Below, piece by piece: positions 43,909 through 53,873 of a DNA stretch of 64,000 nucleotides; position 1 is the first letter of the stretch; each line of letters starts with the position of its first letter. The notes beneath the pieces are model-generated. The model saw only the letters and a program-made list of their open reading frames with translations, had not been told where the DNA came from and made no database searches. The position numbers were made by a program, and so were the translations under genes. The DNA comes from an uncultured Lachnospiraceae bacterium (lineage in GTDB: Bacteria; Bacillota; Clostridia; Lachnospirales; Lachnospiraceae): the NCBI GenBank assembly GCA_944381635.1, contig CALWLY010000017.1, positions 15,026-79,025 of the forward strand, in the 5' to 3' direction.

Positions 43909-44772
43909 ATGACAGGGGAAAATGCACTGGAATTAAACAATGTGACAAAAAAATACGAAGGTTTCTGCCTGCAGAATATTGATCTTAAACTTCCAGCCGG
44001 CTGTATTATGGGGCTGATCGGTGAAAACGGCGCCGGGAAAAGTACAACTATGAAACTGCTTACCGGTGCAGCCAGACCGGATGAAGGGCAGATTTGTGTA
44101 CTCGGCGTTGACAATCGCACCAGAGAATTTGATGCAGTCAAAAATCAAATCGGAGTTGTGCTGGATGAAGCCCGCTATTCGGATTATCTGACGCCAAAAC
44201 AGGTCAACAGGATGATGAAGGGGATTTATGAAAACTGGGATGAAAAACAGTTTGTCGAGTACCTGAAAAAATTTGATCTGCCTGTGGATAAAAAGCTGAA
44301 GGATTTTTCCAGAGGAATGAAAATGAAATTCGGAATTGCAGCGGCCTTATCCCATGAAGCAAAGCTGCTTCTTCTGGATGAGGCTACCAGCGGACTGGAC
44401 CCGGTGGCCAGGGATGAAATCGTAGATATCTTCTACGAATTTACAAGAGAGGAAGACCATAGTATTTTAATCTCCTCACATATCGTCAGTGACCTGGAGA
44501 AGCTTTGTGATTATATTGCCTTTCTTCACAAAGGAAAACTGTATTTCTGTGAGGAAAAAGATGCTTTGAAAGAAAAATACGGAATTCTCTCATGCACAAA
44601 AGAAATGTTTGAAAGTCTGGACAGGGAGGCAGTAGCCGGATACCGGACGTCGCCCTATGGCATGGAAGTTCTGGTGGAAAGAGAAAAGGTACCTTCTTCT
44701 TTTTCACTTTCACCGGCAGGAATTGAAGATATTATGGTGTATATGGTAAGAGGAGAGCAGACACAGGCGTAA
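43909..44772 (+). CDS. ABC transporter ATP-binding protein
   Basis: Walker A GENGAGKST, signature SRGMKMK, Walker B LLLLDE. Confidence 0.9.
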   Translation: MTGENALELNNVTKKYEGFCLQNIDLKLPAGCIMGLIGENGAGKSTTMKLLTGAARPDEGQICVLGVDNRTREFDAVKNQIGVVLDEARYSDYLTPKQVNRMMKGIYENWDEKQFVEYLKKFDLPVDKKLKDFSRGMKMKFGIAAALSHEAKLLLLDEATSGLDPVARDEIVDIFYEFTREEDHSILISSHIVSDLEKLCDYIAFLHKGKLYFCEEKDALKEKYGILSCTKEMFESLDREAVAGYRTSPYGMEVLVEREKVPSSFSLSPAGIEDIMVYMVRGEQTQA

Positions 44773-44801
44773 GCGTTTCTCCCACAGAAAGCGAGGATAA
44801 T

Positions 44802-45449
44802 ATGAAAGGTTTGTTGTATAAAGACGGTTATCTGACATGGAAGTATGGAAAATCAATTCTTTTATTTACTCTGATCTGGATGGTAATGATGGTTTGGACG
44901 GACAGTCTGTTCTGGGGAATTTTTCCGTTTCTGTTTGCAGTCATGAACACGAGGATGACGTTCTCCTACGATGAACAGACAAAATGGAACAGTTTTCTTG
45001 TCACCATGCCGGTATCCAGAAAACAGATGGCAGAGGAAAAATATCTGCTTGTGTTTCTGAATATTGCTGCGATTGCAGTGTTGGAAATTATGATTGGATT
45101 AGCGGCAGCGCTGTTTTCAAAAGAAGTCTGGCTGACTGCAGATACGCTGTTGATTTTGGGAACAGGAATCGGCGCGGCTTTTCTCTACAGTGCCATTGAA
45201 CTTCCCATGATTTTTCGTCTGGGCGTAGAAAGAAGCAGAATTTGGCTGTTTGGTATGACCATTCTGGTCTTTGCACTGGTAGGCGGGGGAGCAGCCATTA
45301 CACAATCTGCATTTCTTTCTGAAAGCGGAATGGTGCAGAACGAAGGTGCTTTTTATACAGCTATCGTGTCTGTTCTGGCAGTGGGGATTGCAGCTTATGT
45401 GATTTCCCTTTTCATCAGTGCCCGCATTATGGAGAGCAAAGAATTTTAG
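44802..45449 (+). CDS. ABC-2 type transporter permease
   Basis: 215 aa with about six hydrophobic helices. It is in an operon with the ATPase and the YtrA-like regulator. Confidence 0.7.
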   Translation: MKGLLYKDGYLTWKYGKSILLFTLIWMVMMVWTDSLFWGIFPFLFAVMNTRMTFSYDEQTKWNSFLVTMPVSRKQMAEEKYLLVFLNIAAIAVLEIMIGLAAALFSKEVWLTADTLLILGTGIGAAFLYSAIELPMIFRLGVERSRIWLFGMTILVFALVGGGAAITQSAFLSESGMVQNEGAFYTAIVSVLAVGIAAYVISLFISARIMESKEF

Positions 45450-45687
45450 ACATGTGGATGTGAGGACAGAATTCGTCCAGATATTCATCCCCCTGCGCAG
45501 TATATCCGTTTTTCTCATAAAACAGTTTGACTCTTTTCTGGGCGGATAAAGTGATCTTAGTCCCGCCGTCGGCTAAGATCATCTGCTCGGCGGTTTCTAA
45601 AATTTCTTTTCCAAGGTGCTTTCCCCGGTATGGGGGAAAGCACTGCTTCTTTATACGGTTCGGGTGGTCCATCTGGTGCAGTCCCAC
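45427..45687 (-). pseudogene. GNAT acetyltransferase C-terminal remnant (N-terminal half missing)
   Basis: The translation contains motif A (YRGKHLGKEIL) and the C-terminal YEKNGY. The frame is closed upstream, and the ORF overlaps the ABC-F 3' end (37 nt) and the permease 3' end (23 nt). Confidence 0.45.
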
Positions 45688-47207
45688 ACATCTGTGGCAA
45701 GCCCTTCGTAAAATTCCGGTTCATGGCATACCATCAGAATACTTCCCTTATAAGCTTTCAGAGCGCGTTTCAGTTCGTCTTTGGCGTCCACATCCAGATG
45801 GTTGGTTGGCTCGTCCAGAACCAGGATATTGGATTCTTTGTTGATCAGTTTGCAGAGACGGACTTTTGCCTGTTCTCCTCCGCTTAATACTTTTACAAGG
45901 CTTTCGATGTGCTTTGTAGTCAGACCGCATTTTGCAAGGGCGGAGCGTACCTCGTATTGGGTGAATCCGGGAAATTCCTTCCAGATTTCTTCAATACAGG
46001 TAGTGGAAATATTCTGATCCATTTCCTGCTCAAAATAACCGATATGCAGGTAATCTCCCTGCTCCACGCTTCCGGAGAGAGGCGGAATCAATCCCAGAAT
46101 ACTTTTTAAAAGAGTGGTCTTACCGATACCGTTGGCTCCGGTAAGGACGATTTTACTTCCCCGCTCCATTTCAAGATTTAAAGGAGAGGAGAGCGGTTCG
46201 TCATAGCCGATGACAAGATCGTGGGTCTGGAAAATATAACGGCCAGGCGTTCTTGCTTCTTTGAAATGAAATTCCGGTTTCGGTCTCTCGGCTGCCAGCT
46301 CGATCACATCCATTTTGTCCAGTTTTTTCTGACGTGACATTGCCATGTTTCTCGTGGAGACACGGGATTTATTTCTTGCCACAAAATCCTTCAGATCTGC
46401 GATTTCTTTCTGCTGACGGTTGTAAGCGGCTTCAAGCTGAGCTTTCTTCATGGCATAAACTTCCTGGAACTTATCATAATCCCCTACATAGCGGTTTAAT
46501 TCCTGATTCTCCATATGATAGATCAGATTGATGACACTGTTCAAAAAGGGAATATCGTGGGAAATCAGAATAAAAGCGTTTTCGTAATCGTTCAGATACC
46601 GTTTCAGCCATTCGATATGTTCTTTGTCCAGGTAGTTGGTAGGCTCGTCCAAAAGCAGAATATCCGGTTTTTCCAAAAGCAGTTTTCCCAGAAGGACCTT
46701 GGTTCTCTGACCGCCGGAAAGCTCTGTCACATCTTTATCCAGGCCTATTTCCACAAGGCCCAAAGCACGTCCTACTTCCTCCACCTTGGCGTCGATCATA
46801 TAGAAATCGTGCATGGTCAGAAGATCCTGCAAAGTTCCGGATTCCTCTAAAAGTGCATCCAGCTCCTCCGGGGAAGCTTCCCCCATTTTTTCGTAAAGCG
46901 CATTCATCTGCGCTTCCATCTCCAGAAGGAAGTCAAAAGCTGAGGTGAGTACCTGACGGATGGTCATTCCCTTTTCAAGTACGGTGTGCTGGTCCAGATA
47001 TCCTACACGGACATTTTTTGCCCATTCAACCTTTCCCTCATCCGGCATCAGCTTTCCGGTTATGATATTCATAAAAGTGGATTTTCCTTCGCCGTTAGCC
47101 CCGATCAGACCGATATGCTCGCCCTTTAACAACCGGAAAGAAACGTCATGAAAAATGGCTCTGTCTCCGAATCCGTGAGAAAGATGTTCTACATTTAAAA
47201 TACTCAT
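45651..47207 (-). CDS. ABC-F family ATPase (translation-factor type, two ABC domains)
   Basis: Two Walker A motifs (GANGEGKST, GANGIGKTT), two signature motifs (LSGGQ, LSGGE) and an inter-domain linker. The start MSILNVEHL at 47207 follows GGGAG. Confidence 0.9.
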   Translation of the reverse strand: MSILNVEHLSHGFGDRAIFHDVSFRLLKGEHIGLIGANGEGKSTFMNIITGKLMPDEGKVEWAKNVRVGYLDQHTVLEKGMTIRQVLTSAFDFLLEMEAQMNALYEKMGEASPEELDALLEESGTLQDLLTMHDFYMIDAKVEEVGRALGLVEIGLDKDVTELSGGQRTKVLLGKLLLEKPDILLLDEPTNYLDKEHIEWLKRYLNDYENAFILISHDIPFLNSVINLIYHMENQELNRYVGDYDKFQEVYAMKKAQLEAAYNRQQKEIADLKDFVARNKSRVSTRNMAMSRQKKLDKMDVIELAAERPKPEFHFKEARTPGRYIFQTHDLVIGYDEPLSSPLNLEMERGSKIVLTGANGIGKTTLLKSILGLIPPLSGSVEQGDYLHIGYFEQEMDQNISTTCIEEIWKEFPGFTQYEVRSALAKCGLTTKHIESLVKVLSGGEQAKVRLCKLINKESNILVLDEPTNHLDVDAKDELKRALKAYKGSILMVCHEPEFYEGLATDVWDCTRWTTRTV

Positions 47208-47302
47208 AAATAACTCCCTTGAAAATAAAAGTGAACTTGTGTTTTTGTCAGGTATCAAAGGCTGAAAGGTCCGGCATATCCGGCACAAACAGCCTGTCTC
47301 TG

Positions 47303-47331
47303 ATTATAGCCGAGAATATTTTTTTCGGCAA
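47303..47331 (-). promoter_or_regulatory. sigma-A promoter of the ABC-F gene
   Basis: TTGCCG, 17-nt spacer, TATAAT. An approximately 95-nt structured leader follows, with no obvious terminator. Confidence 0.5.
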
Positions 47332-47483
47332 CCGGTTTTGCTTTTGTCAGGATATTTTCCGAAACTATTTGGAAATGGAAGAAACAAAGTTCACGTTGAC
47401 ATGCAGAATGAATTTATATATAAACAAAAGAAGACGCAGGACATGCTGTTTTGGGACAAATTCATGAATAAAGAGGAAAACTT

Positions 47484-48257
47484 ATGGAGAGAAAACATAC
47501 CTTTGAAAATAAAGCCGATATCCGACGTCATCTGGAAGAGCTTGCAGAGCCGGACTATCAGAAATTTGCAGTGGGACTTTTGAAAAAGCCGGATTCGGCA
47601 ATTTGGAAGCAGGAAGAACAAGATGTACCAGACACAGAAGAACCCCCCGAGCTTTTGGGAGTACGTCTTCCCATGCTCCGTGACCTGGCCAAAAAACTGG
47701 CAAAGGAAGATCTGAATTTTTACCTGGAGATTTCAGGGGGTGACAGCTTTGAAGAAATCATGCTTCAGGGATTTCTTTTAGCGCTGCGCCCGGTAAAAAA
47801 GAAAGAAGATTTTCAGCTTCTTTTGCAGGACATAACGGAGCATGTGCCCAAAATCAGCAACTGGTCTTTATGTGACAGTTTCTGCACTTCCCTGAAATCC
47901 GTGTCCAAATACCCGGATGAATTTTTTGCCTTTCTGAAAAACTATCTCACATCAGAAAAGGAGTATGAGGTTCGGTTTGCCGTAGTCTGCCTTTTGGATT
48001 TTTATATCAAAGAAGAATATATTGACAGGCTGTTTCCCATATGGGATCAAATCAGCCATCCGGGCTATTATGTAAAAATGGCCATTGCCTGGGCAGTTTC
48101 CATGTGCTTTGTAAAATTTCCGGAGAAAACATGGAACTACCTTTCAGACAATAGGCTGGATGATTTTACTTATCAGAAAGCCCTGCAGAAGATTACAGAG
48201 TCAAACCGGGTGGATGGGGAGACAAAAAAACGGATACGCGCTATGCGTACCCGTTGA
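47484..48257 (+). CDS. DNA alkylation repair protein (AlkD-like HEAT-repeat family)
   Basis: 257 aa. LGVRLPMLRDLAKKL and repeated helical motifs typical of PF08713-like proteins. Confidence 0.7.
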   Translation: MERKHTFENKADIRRHLEELAEPDYQKFAVGLLKKPDSAIWKQEEQDVPDTEEPPELLGVRLPMLRDLAKKLAKEDLNFYLEISGGDSFEEIMLQGFLLALRPVKKKEDFQLLLQDITEHVPKISNWSLCDSFCTSLKSVSKYPDEFFAFLKNYLTSEKEYEVRFAVVCLLDFYIKEEYIDRLFPIWDQISHPGYYVKMAIAWAVSMCFVKFPEKTWNYLSDNRLDDFTYQKALQKITESNRVDGETKKRIRAMRTR

Positions 48258-48276
48258 CGGTGATCTATCTGAGAGT

Positions 48277-49479
48277 TTACAGTTCCTCGCACACCTGGAA
48301 AATGTAAAATTTCAGGTAATAGGACTCGTCGGCAGCCCAGAGAATAGGATGGTCGCTTGCCTGGGTGCGGAATTCCACCTGCCGAAGTCGTTTATGGGCT
48401 CCTTTTGCCGCCTCGCGGATGGTTTTGGCAAAAAGATCAGGATCCATAAAATGAGAGCAGGAACAGGTGACGAGGAAACCGCCGTCATGTACCAGCTTTA
48501 ATCCTCGAAGGTTGATTTCCCGGTATCCCTTCACCGCGTTTTTGATGGAACTTCTGGATTTTGTGAAGGCCGGGGGATCCAGGATAACCACATCAAAAGT
48601 TTCCCCGGCAGCTTCCAGTTCCGGAAGCAGATCAAAAACATCCGCACACTTAAATGTTACCCGGTCGGACAGATTGTTTAAGCGGGCGTTTTCTTCTGCC
48701 TGCAGCACGCCGGTCATGGAAGCGTCCACGCCAAGCACAGAGGCTGCTCCTGCAATACCCGCATTCAGGGCAAAAGAGCCGGTATGGGTGAAGCAGTCCA
48801 GCACCTTTTTGCCGGGACAGAGCTTATGGATAGCCGCGCGGTTGTATTTCTGATCCAGGAAAAATCCGGTCTTCTGTCCATCCTGCACATCCACGATATA
48901 TTTTACTCCGTTTTCGCAGATTTCAACCTTGGTATCAAAGGGTTCCCCCAGGAAGCCCTTGAATCGCTCCATGCCTTCCTGAAGGCGGACTTTGGCGTCA
49001 CTTCTTTCATAGATGCCGCGGATGTGAATGCCGTCTTTGGCCAGCACTTTTTTTACCTTGTCAAGAATCACGGGCTTTAAGCGGTCAATGCCAAGTGCCA
49101 GAGATTCCACTACCAGCACATCGGAAAATTTATCCACGACAAGACCGGGAAGCCAGTCTGCCTCCCCGAAAATCAGACGGCAGCTGTCGGTATCCACGGT
49201 GCTTTTGCGGTATTCCCATGCATTCTGTACTCTTTTTTCCAGAAAATCTTCTGTAATTTCGTGTTCTTTTTTTCGCGCCATAAGTCTGACGCTGATTTTG
49301 GAGTTGGTGTTTAAAAAACCGTACCCCATAAAAAAGCCGTCAAAATCCTCCACATTCACAAGGTCTCCGTTGGTGAAATCTCCCTGGATTTTGTCGATTT
49401 CATTGTCAAATACCCACATACCTCCGGCTTTTAAAGTGCGTCCTTCCCCTTTTTTCAGAACTACTGTTGTCTGATACAT
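48277..49479 (-). CDS. class I SAM-dependent rRNA (cytosine-C5) methyltransferase, RlmI-like
   Basis: PUA-like N-terminus and a SAM-binding fold (VLDCFTHTGSFAL ... ILDPPAF). Confidence 0.8.
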   Translation of the reverse strand: MYQTTVVLKKGEGRTLKAGGMWVFDNEIDKIQGDFTNGDLVNVEDFDGFFMGYGFLNTNSKISVRLMARKKEHEITEDFLEKRVQNAWEYRKSTVDTDSCRLIFGEADWLPGLVVDKFSDVLVVESLALGIDRLKPVILDKVKKVLAKDGIHIRGIYERSDAKVRLQEGMERFKGFLGEPFDTKVEICENGVKYIVDVQDGQKTGFFLDQKYNRAAIHKLCPGKKVLDCFTHTGSFALNAGIAGAASVLGVDASMTGVLQAEENARLNNLSDRVTFKCADVFDLLPELEAAGETFDVVILDPPAFTKSRSSIKNAVKGYREINLRGLKLVHDGGFLVTCSCSHFMDPDLFAKTIREAAKGAHKRLRQVEFRTQASDHPILWAADESYYLKFYIFQVCEEL

Positions 49480-49523
49480 AAATTCCTCCGTTACTTTTTC
49501 TGATAGCCTGTTCCGATTGTTTG

Positions 49524-50558
49524 TCAGAACAGGTAAGCTTTCAACAATTCAAACGTGTTTTCCATGCCTTTGATATGGCTTCTCTCGTAGCCGTGGGAAG
49601 CATAGACTCCCGCGCCGATCAGACCGTGTTTTACATCATGGCCGGAACGAAGGGCAGCCTCCGCATCAGATCCGTAATGAGGATAAACATCGATGGCAAA
49701 GTCAACATTGGCTTTTTTTGCAGCTGCGATCAGTCCGCTGACTACATCATAGTGATAAGGACCTCCGCTGTCTTTGGCGCAGATCGATACCTGATGTTCC
49801 TTGCAGCCAAGTCCGTTTCCCACACAGCCCATATCCACCGCCAGAACTTCCTTTACATCAGAAGGGATGGATGAGGAGCCGCCGTGACCCACTTCTTCAA
49901 ACACAGTGATGTGCTGATAAATTCTGCGGGAAGGTTTCACATCGCTTTCCTTCACATATTTTGCAAATCCCAAAAGGATTCCCACACTTAATTTATCATC
50001 CAGAAACCGGCTTTTGATATAACCGGATTCGGTAATCACCGTGCGGGGATCAAAGCACACAATATCTCCGGGAAGAATGCCCAGAGCCAGCACATCTTCT
50101 CTGGAGGAAACCATTTCATCGATCACAACTTCCATGCTGTCATAGGAACGTTTTGTTTCGTTGTAATCCCCGTTTACATGGATGGAAGCATTTTGAAGCT
50201 GAAAAGTACCGGTATAGATTTTACCTTCTCTTGTGATGATCCGCACATTTTCTGCTTCTCCGTTGTTGGGATTCATACCGCCTAAAGGGGTGAGAGAAAG
50301 ACGACCGTCAGCCCTGATTTCTGTGACCATTCCTCCCAGTGTGTCCAGATGAGCCTCCAAAAGAATCGGCTCTTCCTCTTCTTTTCCTTCGTTGATGCAG
50401 ACAAAAACACCGCCTTTGGTGGTAAGGCAGGCTTCATAGCCAAGAGCCTGATACTGTGACAGTACGTATTCCGCCGCTTTTTTTGTGTAGCCGGTAGGGC
50501 TGTCAATTCCCAGAACGGCGGTAGTCTGGGAAAGCATATATTCGCTGTATGGATTCAT
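49524..50558 (-). CDS. M42 family metallopeptidase
   Basis: 344 aa. Contains LGIDSPTGY, EAHLDTLG and FEEVGHGG metal-ligand motifs. Confidence 0.75.
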   Translation of the reverse strand: MNPYSEYMLSQTTAVLGIDSPTGYTKKAAEYVLSQYQALGYEACLTTKGGVFVCINEGKEEEEPILLEAHLDTLGGMVTEIRADGRLSLTPLGGMNPNNGEAENVRIITREGKIYTGTFQLQNASIHVNGDYNETKRSYDSMEVVIDEMVSSREDVLALGILPGDIVCFDPRTVITESGYIKSRFLDDKLSVGILLGFAKYVKESDVKPSRRIYQHITVFEEVGHGGSSSIPSDVKEVLAVDMGCVGNGLGCKEHQVSICAKDSGGPYHYDVVSGLIAAAKKANVDFAIDVYPHYGSDAEAALRSGHDVKHGLIGAGVYASHGYERSHIKGMENTFELLKAYLF

Positions 50559-50596
50559 CTTTGTTACCTCCTGAAAAGTGATTGGTTTATTCGCTT

Positions 50597-51421
50597 TTAT
50601 TTTTCCATAAGCTCTTTGGTAATGGTTCCTACATTTTCAAAAATCCAGGTAGGCTTTACATTTCCGTTTTCTATATCAGAAAGAGTTGCTTCTCCGGAGA
50701 GAACACAGATGGTGTCCACACCGGCGTTCTCTCCAGTTTTTATATCGGTATAGAGACGATCCCCCACAATGACCGTTTCTTCTCTGGAAAAGCCTGTATT
50801 TTTCAGGCAGCAGTTTACCATGATGGGCTCCGGTTTTCCGATAAAGAAAGGCTCTTTGCCTGTGGCATTTTTGAGCATAATACTCATAGAGCCGCAGTCC
50901 GGAATGTAGCCAAAGCTCACAGGACAGACAAGATCCGGATTGGTGGCAAGATAGGTTACATCCCGTCCAAGCATGATACAGGTATTGCGTACTTTTTCCG
51001 ATGTGTTTTCTGTGTCAAAGCCAATCAGCACTACGGAGGCTTCATCTTCCGGCTTAACAGTAACCCGGATATCATTCTCGGCAAGTTCTTTTATCAGGGA
51101 AGCGGTTCCCATACAATAGACAAGTTCTCCCGGATGGTGTTCTTTCAAGTACATGGCAGTGGCCTGGCTGGATGTGTAAAAGTGGGAGACGTCTGCATCG
51201 ATTCCCATATTTTTTACTTTTTCCACATAGTCGGTTACGGATTTAGAGGAATTGTTGGTAATGAAAATATAAGTGCCTCCGTTTCTTTTTATGTAATCAA
51301 GAAAAGAAAGAGTGCCGTCAAAAATTTTATTTTCGTTGTAAATCGTACCGTCCATGTCCAGAAGCCACAGCTTTTTTTCTTTCAGACTATCTGCGGGCTT
51401 TCCCATATAATCTACAGCCAT
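50597..51421 (-). CDS. HAD-IIA family hydrolase (NagD-like)
   Basis: LLDMDGTIY motif I, ITNNSS motif II and GDRLYTDI motif IV. Confidence 0.8.
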   Translation of the reverse strand: MAVDYMGKPADSLKEKKLWLLDMDGTIYNENKIFDGTLSFLDYIKRNGGTYIFITNNSSKSVTDYVEKVKNMGIDADVSHFYTSSQATAMYLKEHHPGELVYCMGTASLIKELAENDIRVTVKPEDEASVVLIGFDTENTSEKVRNTCIMLGRDVTYLATNPDLVCPVSFGYIPDCGSMSIMLKNATGKEPFFIGKPEPIMVNCCLKNTGFSREETVIVGDRLYTDIKTGENAGVDTICVLSGEATLSDIENGNVKPTWIFENVGTITKELMEK

Positions 51422-51459
51422 AAAGGTATCTCCTTGTTTTTATTTGCAGTCCGCCGGTT

Positions 51460-52596
51460 TTATTTTTGGCCGAGCAGAATGTTGTCCACCCGTTTTAATT
51501 CTTCGCGGATGTTCAGATGCTGGGGACATTTTTTTTCACACATACCGCAGTTCAGACAGTCGTGAATGGTTTTCTTTCCATCTTCTGTAAGCTTTTTGTA
51601 TGCGTTTCTGGAATGTTCTTTCAGCCCGTAAACGTTGTACTGGGTGTAAAGATTAAAAATATCCGGAATTTCAATGCCCGCCGGACAGGGCTGGCAGTAT
51701 TTGCAGCCGGTGCAGTAAAGTTCGCTGAATTTTTTCAGCTGTTCCATGGCATCGCCCAGATTTTTCCATTCCTCTTCACTCATAGCGGCGTCGTCTGCGA
51801 TAGCGGTGTTGCTTTTTACCATTTCAAGAGTCTGCATACCGGAGAGGGCACAGTTTAAAGAAGGATTTCCCAGGACAAATTTAAAGGCCAGTTCGTAAGT
51901 GGCAATGGGTGGCTTGCCGGTGAGTCTGCTGTACAGATCCGTAGGCGCAGCCAGACGTCCGCCTCCCACCGGACCCATAGCGACAGTGCCCAGACCGTTT
52001 TCATGGGCGTAAGCCAGCATTTCTTCGTTGCTTCGATCGATGAGATTGTACTGAACCAGCATACTTTCCATGGGAACGCCGTGTTCCTTAGCCGTCTCGA
52101 TAATATAGCGGATCACGGAAGGGTCATCGTGGAAAGAGAAGGAAATGTGACGGATCAGCCCTTCCTCCTTGGCTTTTGCCGCTTCTTCAAGAAGATCATA
52201 TTTCAAAATATAGTTGTCGAATTTATCCCGGTTGGTTGCCCAGAAATGATAAAAATCGATGTATTCCGTATCCAGTTTTTTCAGGCTGCCTTCCAGAAAA
52301 CGGCGGAAATCCCCTCTTTCATGGCAGTTTTCGGAAGGAAGCTTGGTAGAAAGCAGAATTTTATCACGAAAAGGTTTTACAGCCTTTCCGAGTGCAGCTT
52401 CACTGTTGTGATTGCAATAGTAAGGTGCGGTGTCAAAGTAGTTGACTCCCAGTTCGTAGGCAGTACACAGCATATCCTGCGCTTTGTCTTCGTCAATGTA
52501 CCAGGTTTCATTTTCCTGATATTCGGGCAGACGCATGCAGCCGAATCCAAGAGCGGAGATTTTTTCTCCGGTTGCTCCAAAATCACGATATTTCAT
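51460..52596 (-). CDS. aldo/keto reductase with C-terminal 4Fe-4S cluster domain
   Basis: AKR N-terminus MKYRDFGATGEKISALGFGCMRLP. C-terminal CTGCKYCQPCP and CLNCGMCEKKCP motifs. Confidence 0.8.
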   Translation of the reverse strand: MKYRDFGATGEKISALGFGCMRLPEYQENETWYIDEDKAQDMLCTAYELGVNYFDTAPYYCNHNSEAALGKAVKPFRDKILLSTKLPSENCHERGDFRRFLEGSLKKLDTEYIDFYHFWATNRDKFDNYILKYDLLEEAAKAKEEGLIRHISFSFHDDPSVIRYIIETAKEHGVPMESMLVQYNLIDRSNEEMLAYAHENGLGTVAMGPVGGGRLAAPTDLYSRLTGKPPIATYELAFKFVLGNPSLNCALSGMQTLEMVKSNTAIADDAAMSEEEWKNLGDAMEQLKKFSELYCTGCKYCQPCPAGIEIPDIFNLYTQYNVYGLKEHSRNAYKKLTEDGKKTIHDCLNCGMCEKKCPQHLNIREELKRVDNILLGQK

Positions 52597-52643
52597 ATCC
52601 AATCCCCTTATCTGTTTTAACTTTTTCTCCTGCACAGCTCTGT

Positions 52644-52657
52644 GGCTGAACTGTTGC
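52644..52657 (+). repeat. solo end remnant GGCTGAACTGTTGC of the MITE-like family
   Basis: 13 of 14 positions match the right terminal repeat. It lies in the 68-bp spacer between the two AKR genes. Confidence 0.45.
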
Positions 52658-52664
52658 ATGTGGG

Positions 52665-53585
52665 TTAAGGCAGCATATGTCCGGCGGAGAGGTAAATTTC
52701 ATACCATTCTTCCCGTGTTAAAGTAATATCTGCAGCTGCACATACTTCTTCCAGACGTTTCTCGTTCATAGTTCCTGCGATCAGCTGCATATGGGCAGGG
52801 TGACGCAGAATCCAGGCGGAAGCGATAGTGGTGTTTGTAACGCCGTATTTTTCGGCAATCTCATCAATCTTCTGATTCAGTTTCGGAAATTTTTCGCTGC
52901 CCAGGAACACGCCTTCAAAAAATCCGTACTGGAACGGAGACCAGGTCTGGATAGTGATATCATGGATGCGGCAGTAGTCCAGAACGCTTCCGTCCCGGTC
53001 AACAGCTCCCGGAGTGGTCATGTTTACTTCCATTCCGCTTTCTATCATGGAAGAATTGGTAACGGAAAACTGAAGCTGATCTGTCACAAGGGGATATTCC
53101 ACATATTTTTGAAGAAGCTCAATCTGAGAAGGTTTGTGGTTGGAAACGCCGAAATGGCGGACTTTTCCGCTTTCTCTCAGCTGAGTAAAAGCTTCCGCCA
53201 CTTCTTCAGGCTCCATGAGAGCGTCCGGGCGGTGGAGTACCAGCACATCCAGATATTCGGTCTGAAGACGTTTTAAAATACCGTCCACACTTTTTAAAAT
53301 GTGTTCTTTTGAAAAATCATACATTTTTCCGGAAACAATGCCGCATTTGGACTGTAAAATAATCTTTTCACGGACAGAAGGATTCATGCCGATGGCTTTG
53401 GAGAAAATTTTTTCACATTCCCCTCCTCCGTAAATATCCGCGTGTTCAAAAAAATTAACGCCAAGAGATAAAGCCTTATCCACAAAGGAAGCGGCCTGTT
53501 TTTCGTCCAGGTTATTGATGCGCATGCAGCCGGATGCAATGACAGGCACCTGCATGCCGCTTTTTCCAAGTTCAATAGTTCTCAT
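52665..53585 (-). CDS. aldo/keto reductase
   Basis: MRTIELGKSGMQVPVIASGCMRI N-terminus and an AKR fold. The start at 53585 follows AAGGAG. Confidence 0.85.
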   Translation of the reverse strand: MRTIELGKSGMQVPVIASGCMRINNLDEKQAASFVDKALSLGVNFFEHADIYGGGECEKIFSKAIGMNPSVREKIILQSKCGIVSGKMYDFSKEHILKSVDGILKRLQTEYLDVLVLHRPDALMEPEEVAEAFTQLRESGKVRHFGVSNHKPSQIELLQKYVEYPLVTDQLQFSVTNSSMIESGMEVNMTTPGAVDRDGSVLDYCRIHDITIQTWSPFQYGFFEGVFLGSEKFPKLNQKIDEIAEKYGVTNTTIASAWILRHPAHMQLIAGTMNEKRLEEVCAAADITLTREEWYEIYLSAGHMLP

Positions 53586-53873
53586 AGTAATCTCCTTTCC
53601 CTGTATCTTAAAATCGGGGGCTGCTTTCTTTTTCATTTTTCCAAATAAAAGAGAATCAAAAAAAGCAGCCTGACAGCTGAAAAATATTTACAGCTAAAAA
53701 CAGTATCCGCTTGCGGGAATCTTTTCGTCAAGCAATTTTGAAAAAAATATGTAACAAAAAATCGTTGCTTTTTTTGGCTCTCTGTATAATTGACGGTATA
53801 TCGTTATAAGTCTATACTGGAAAAGTAACGAATAACCGGAAATAAACTATCTTTTTCAAACAAGGAGGACACT

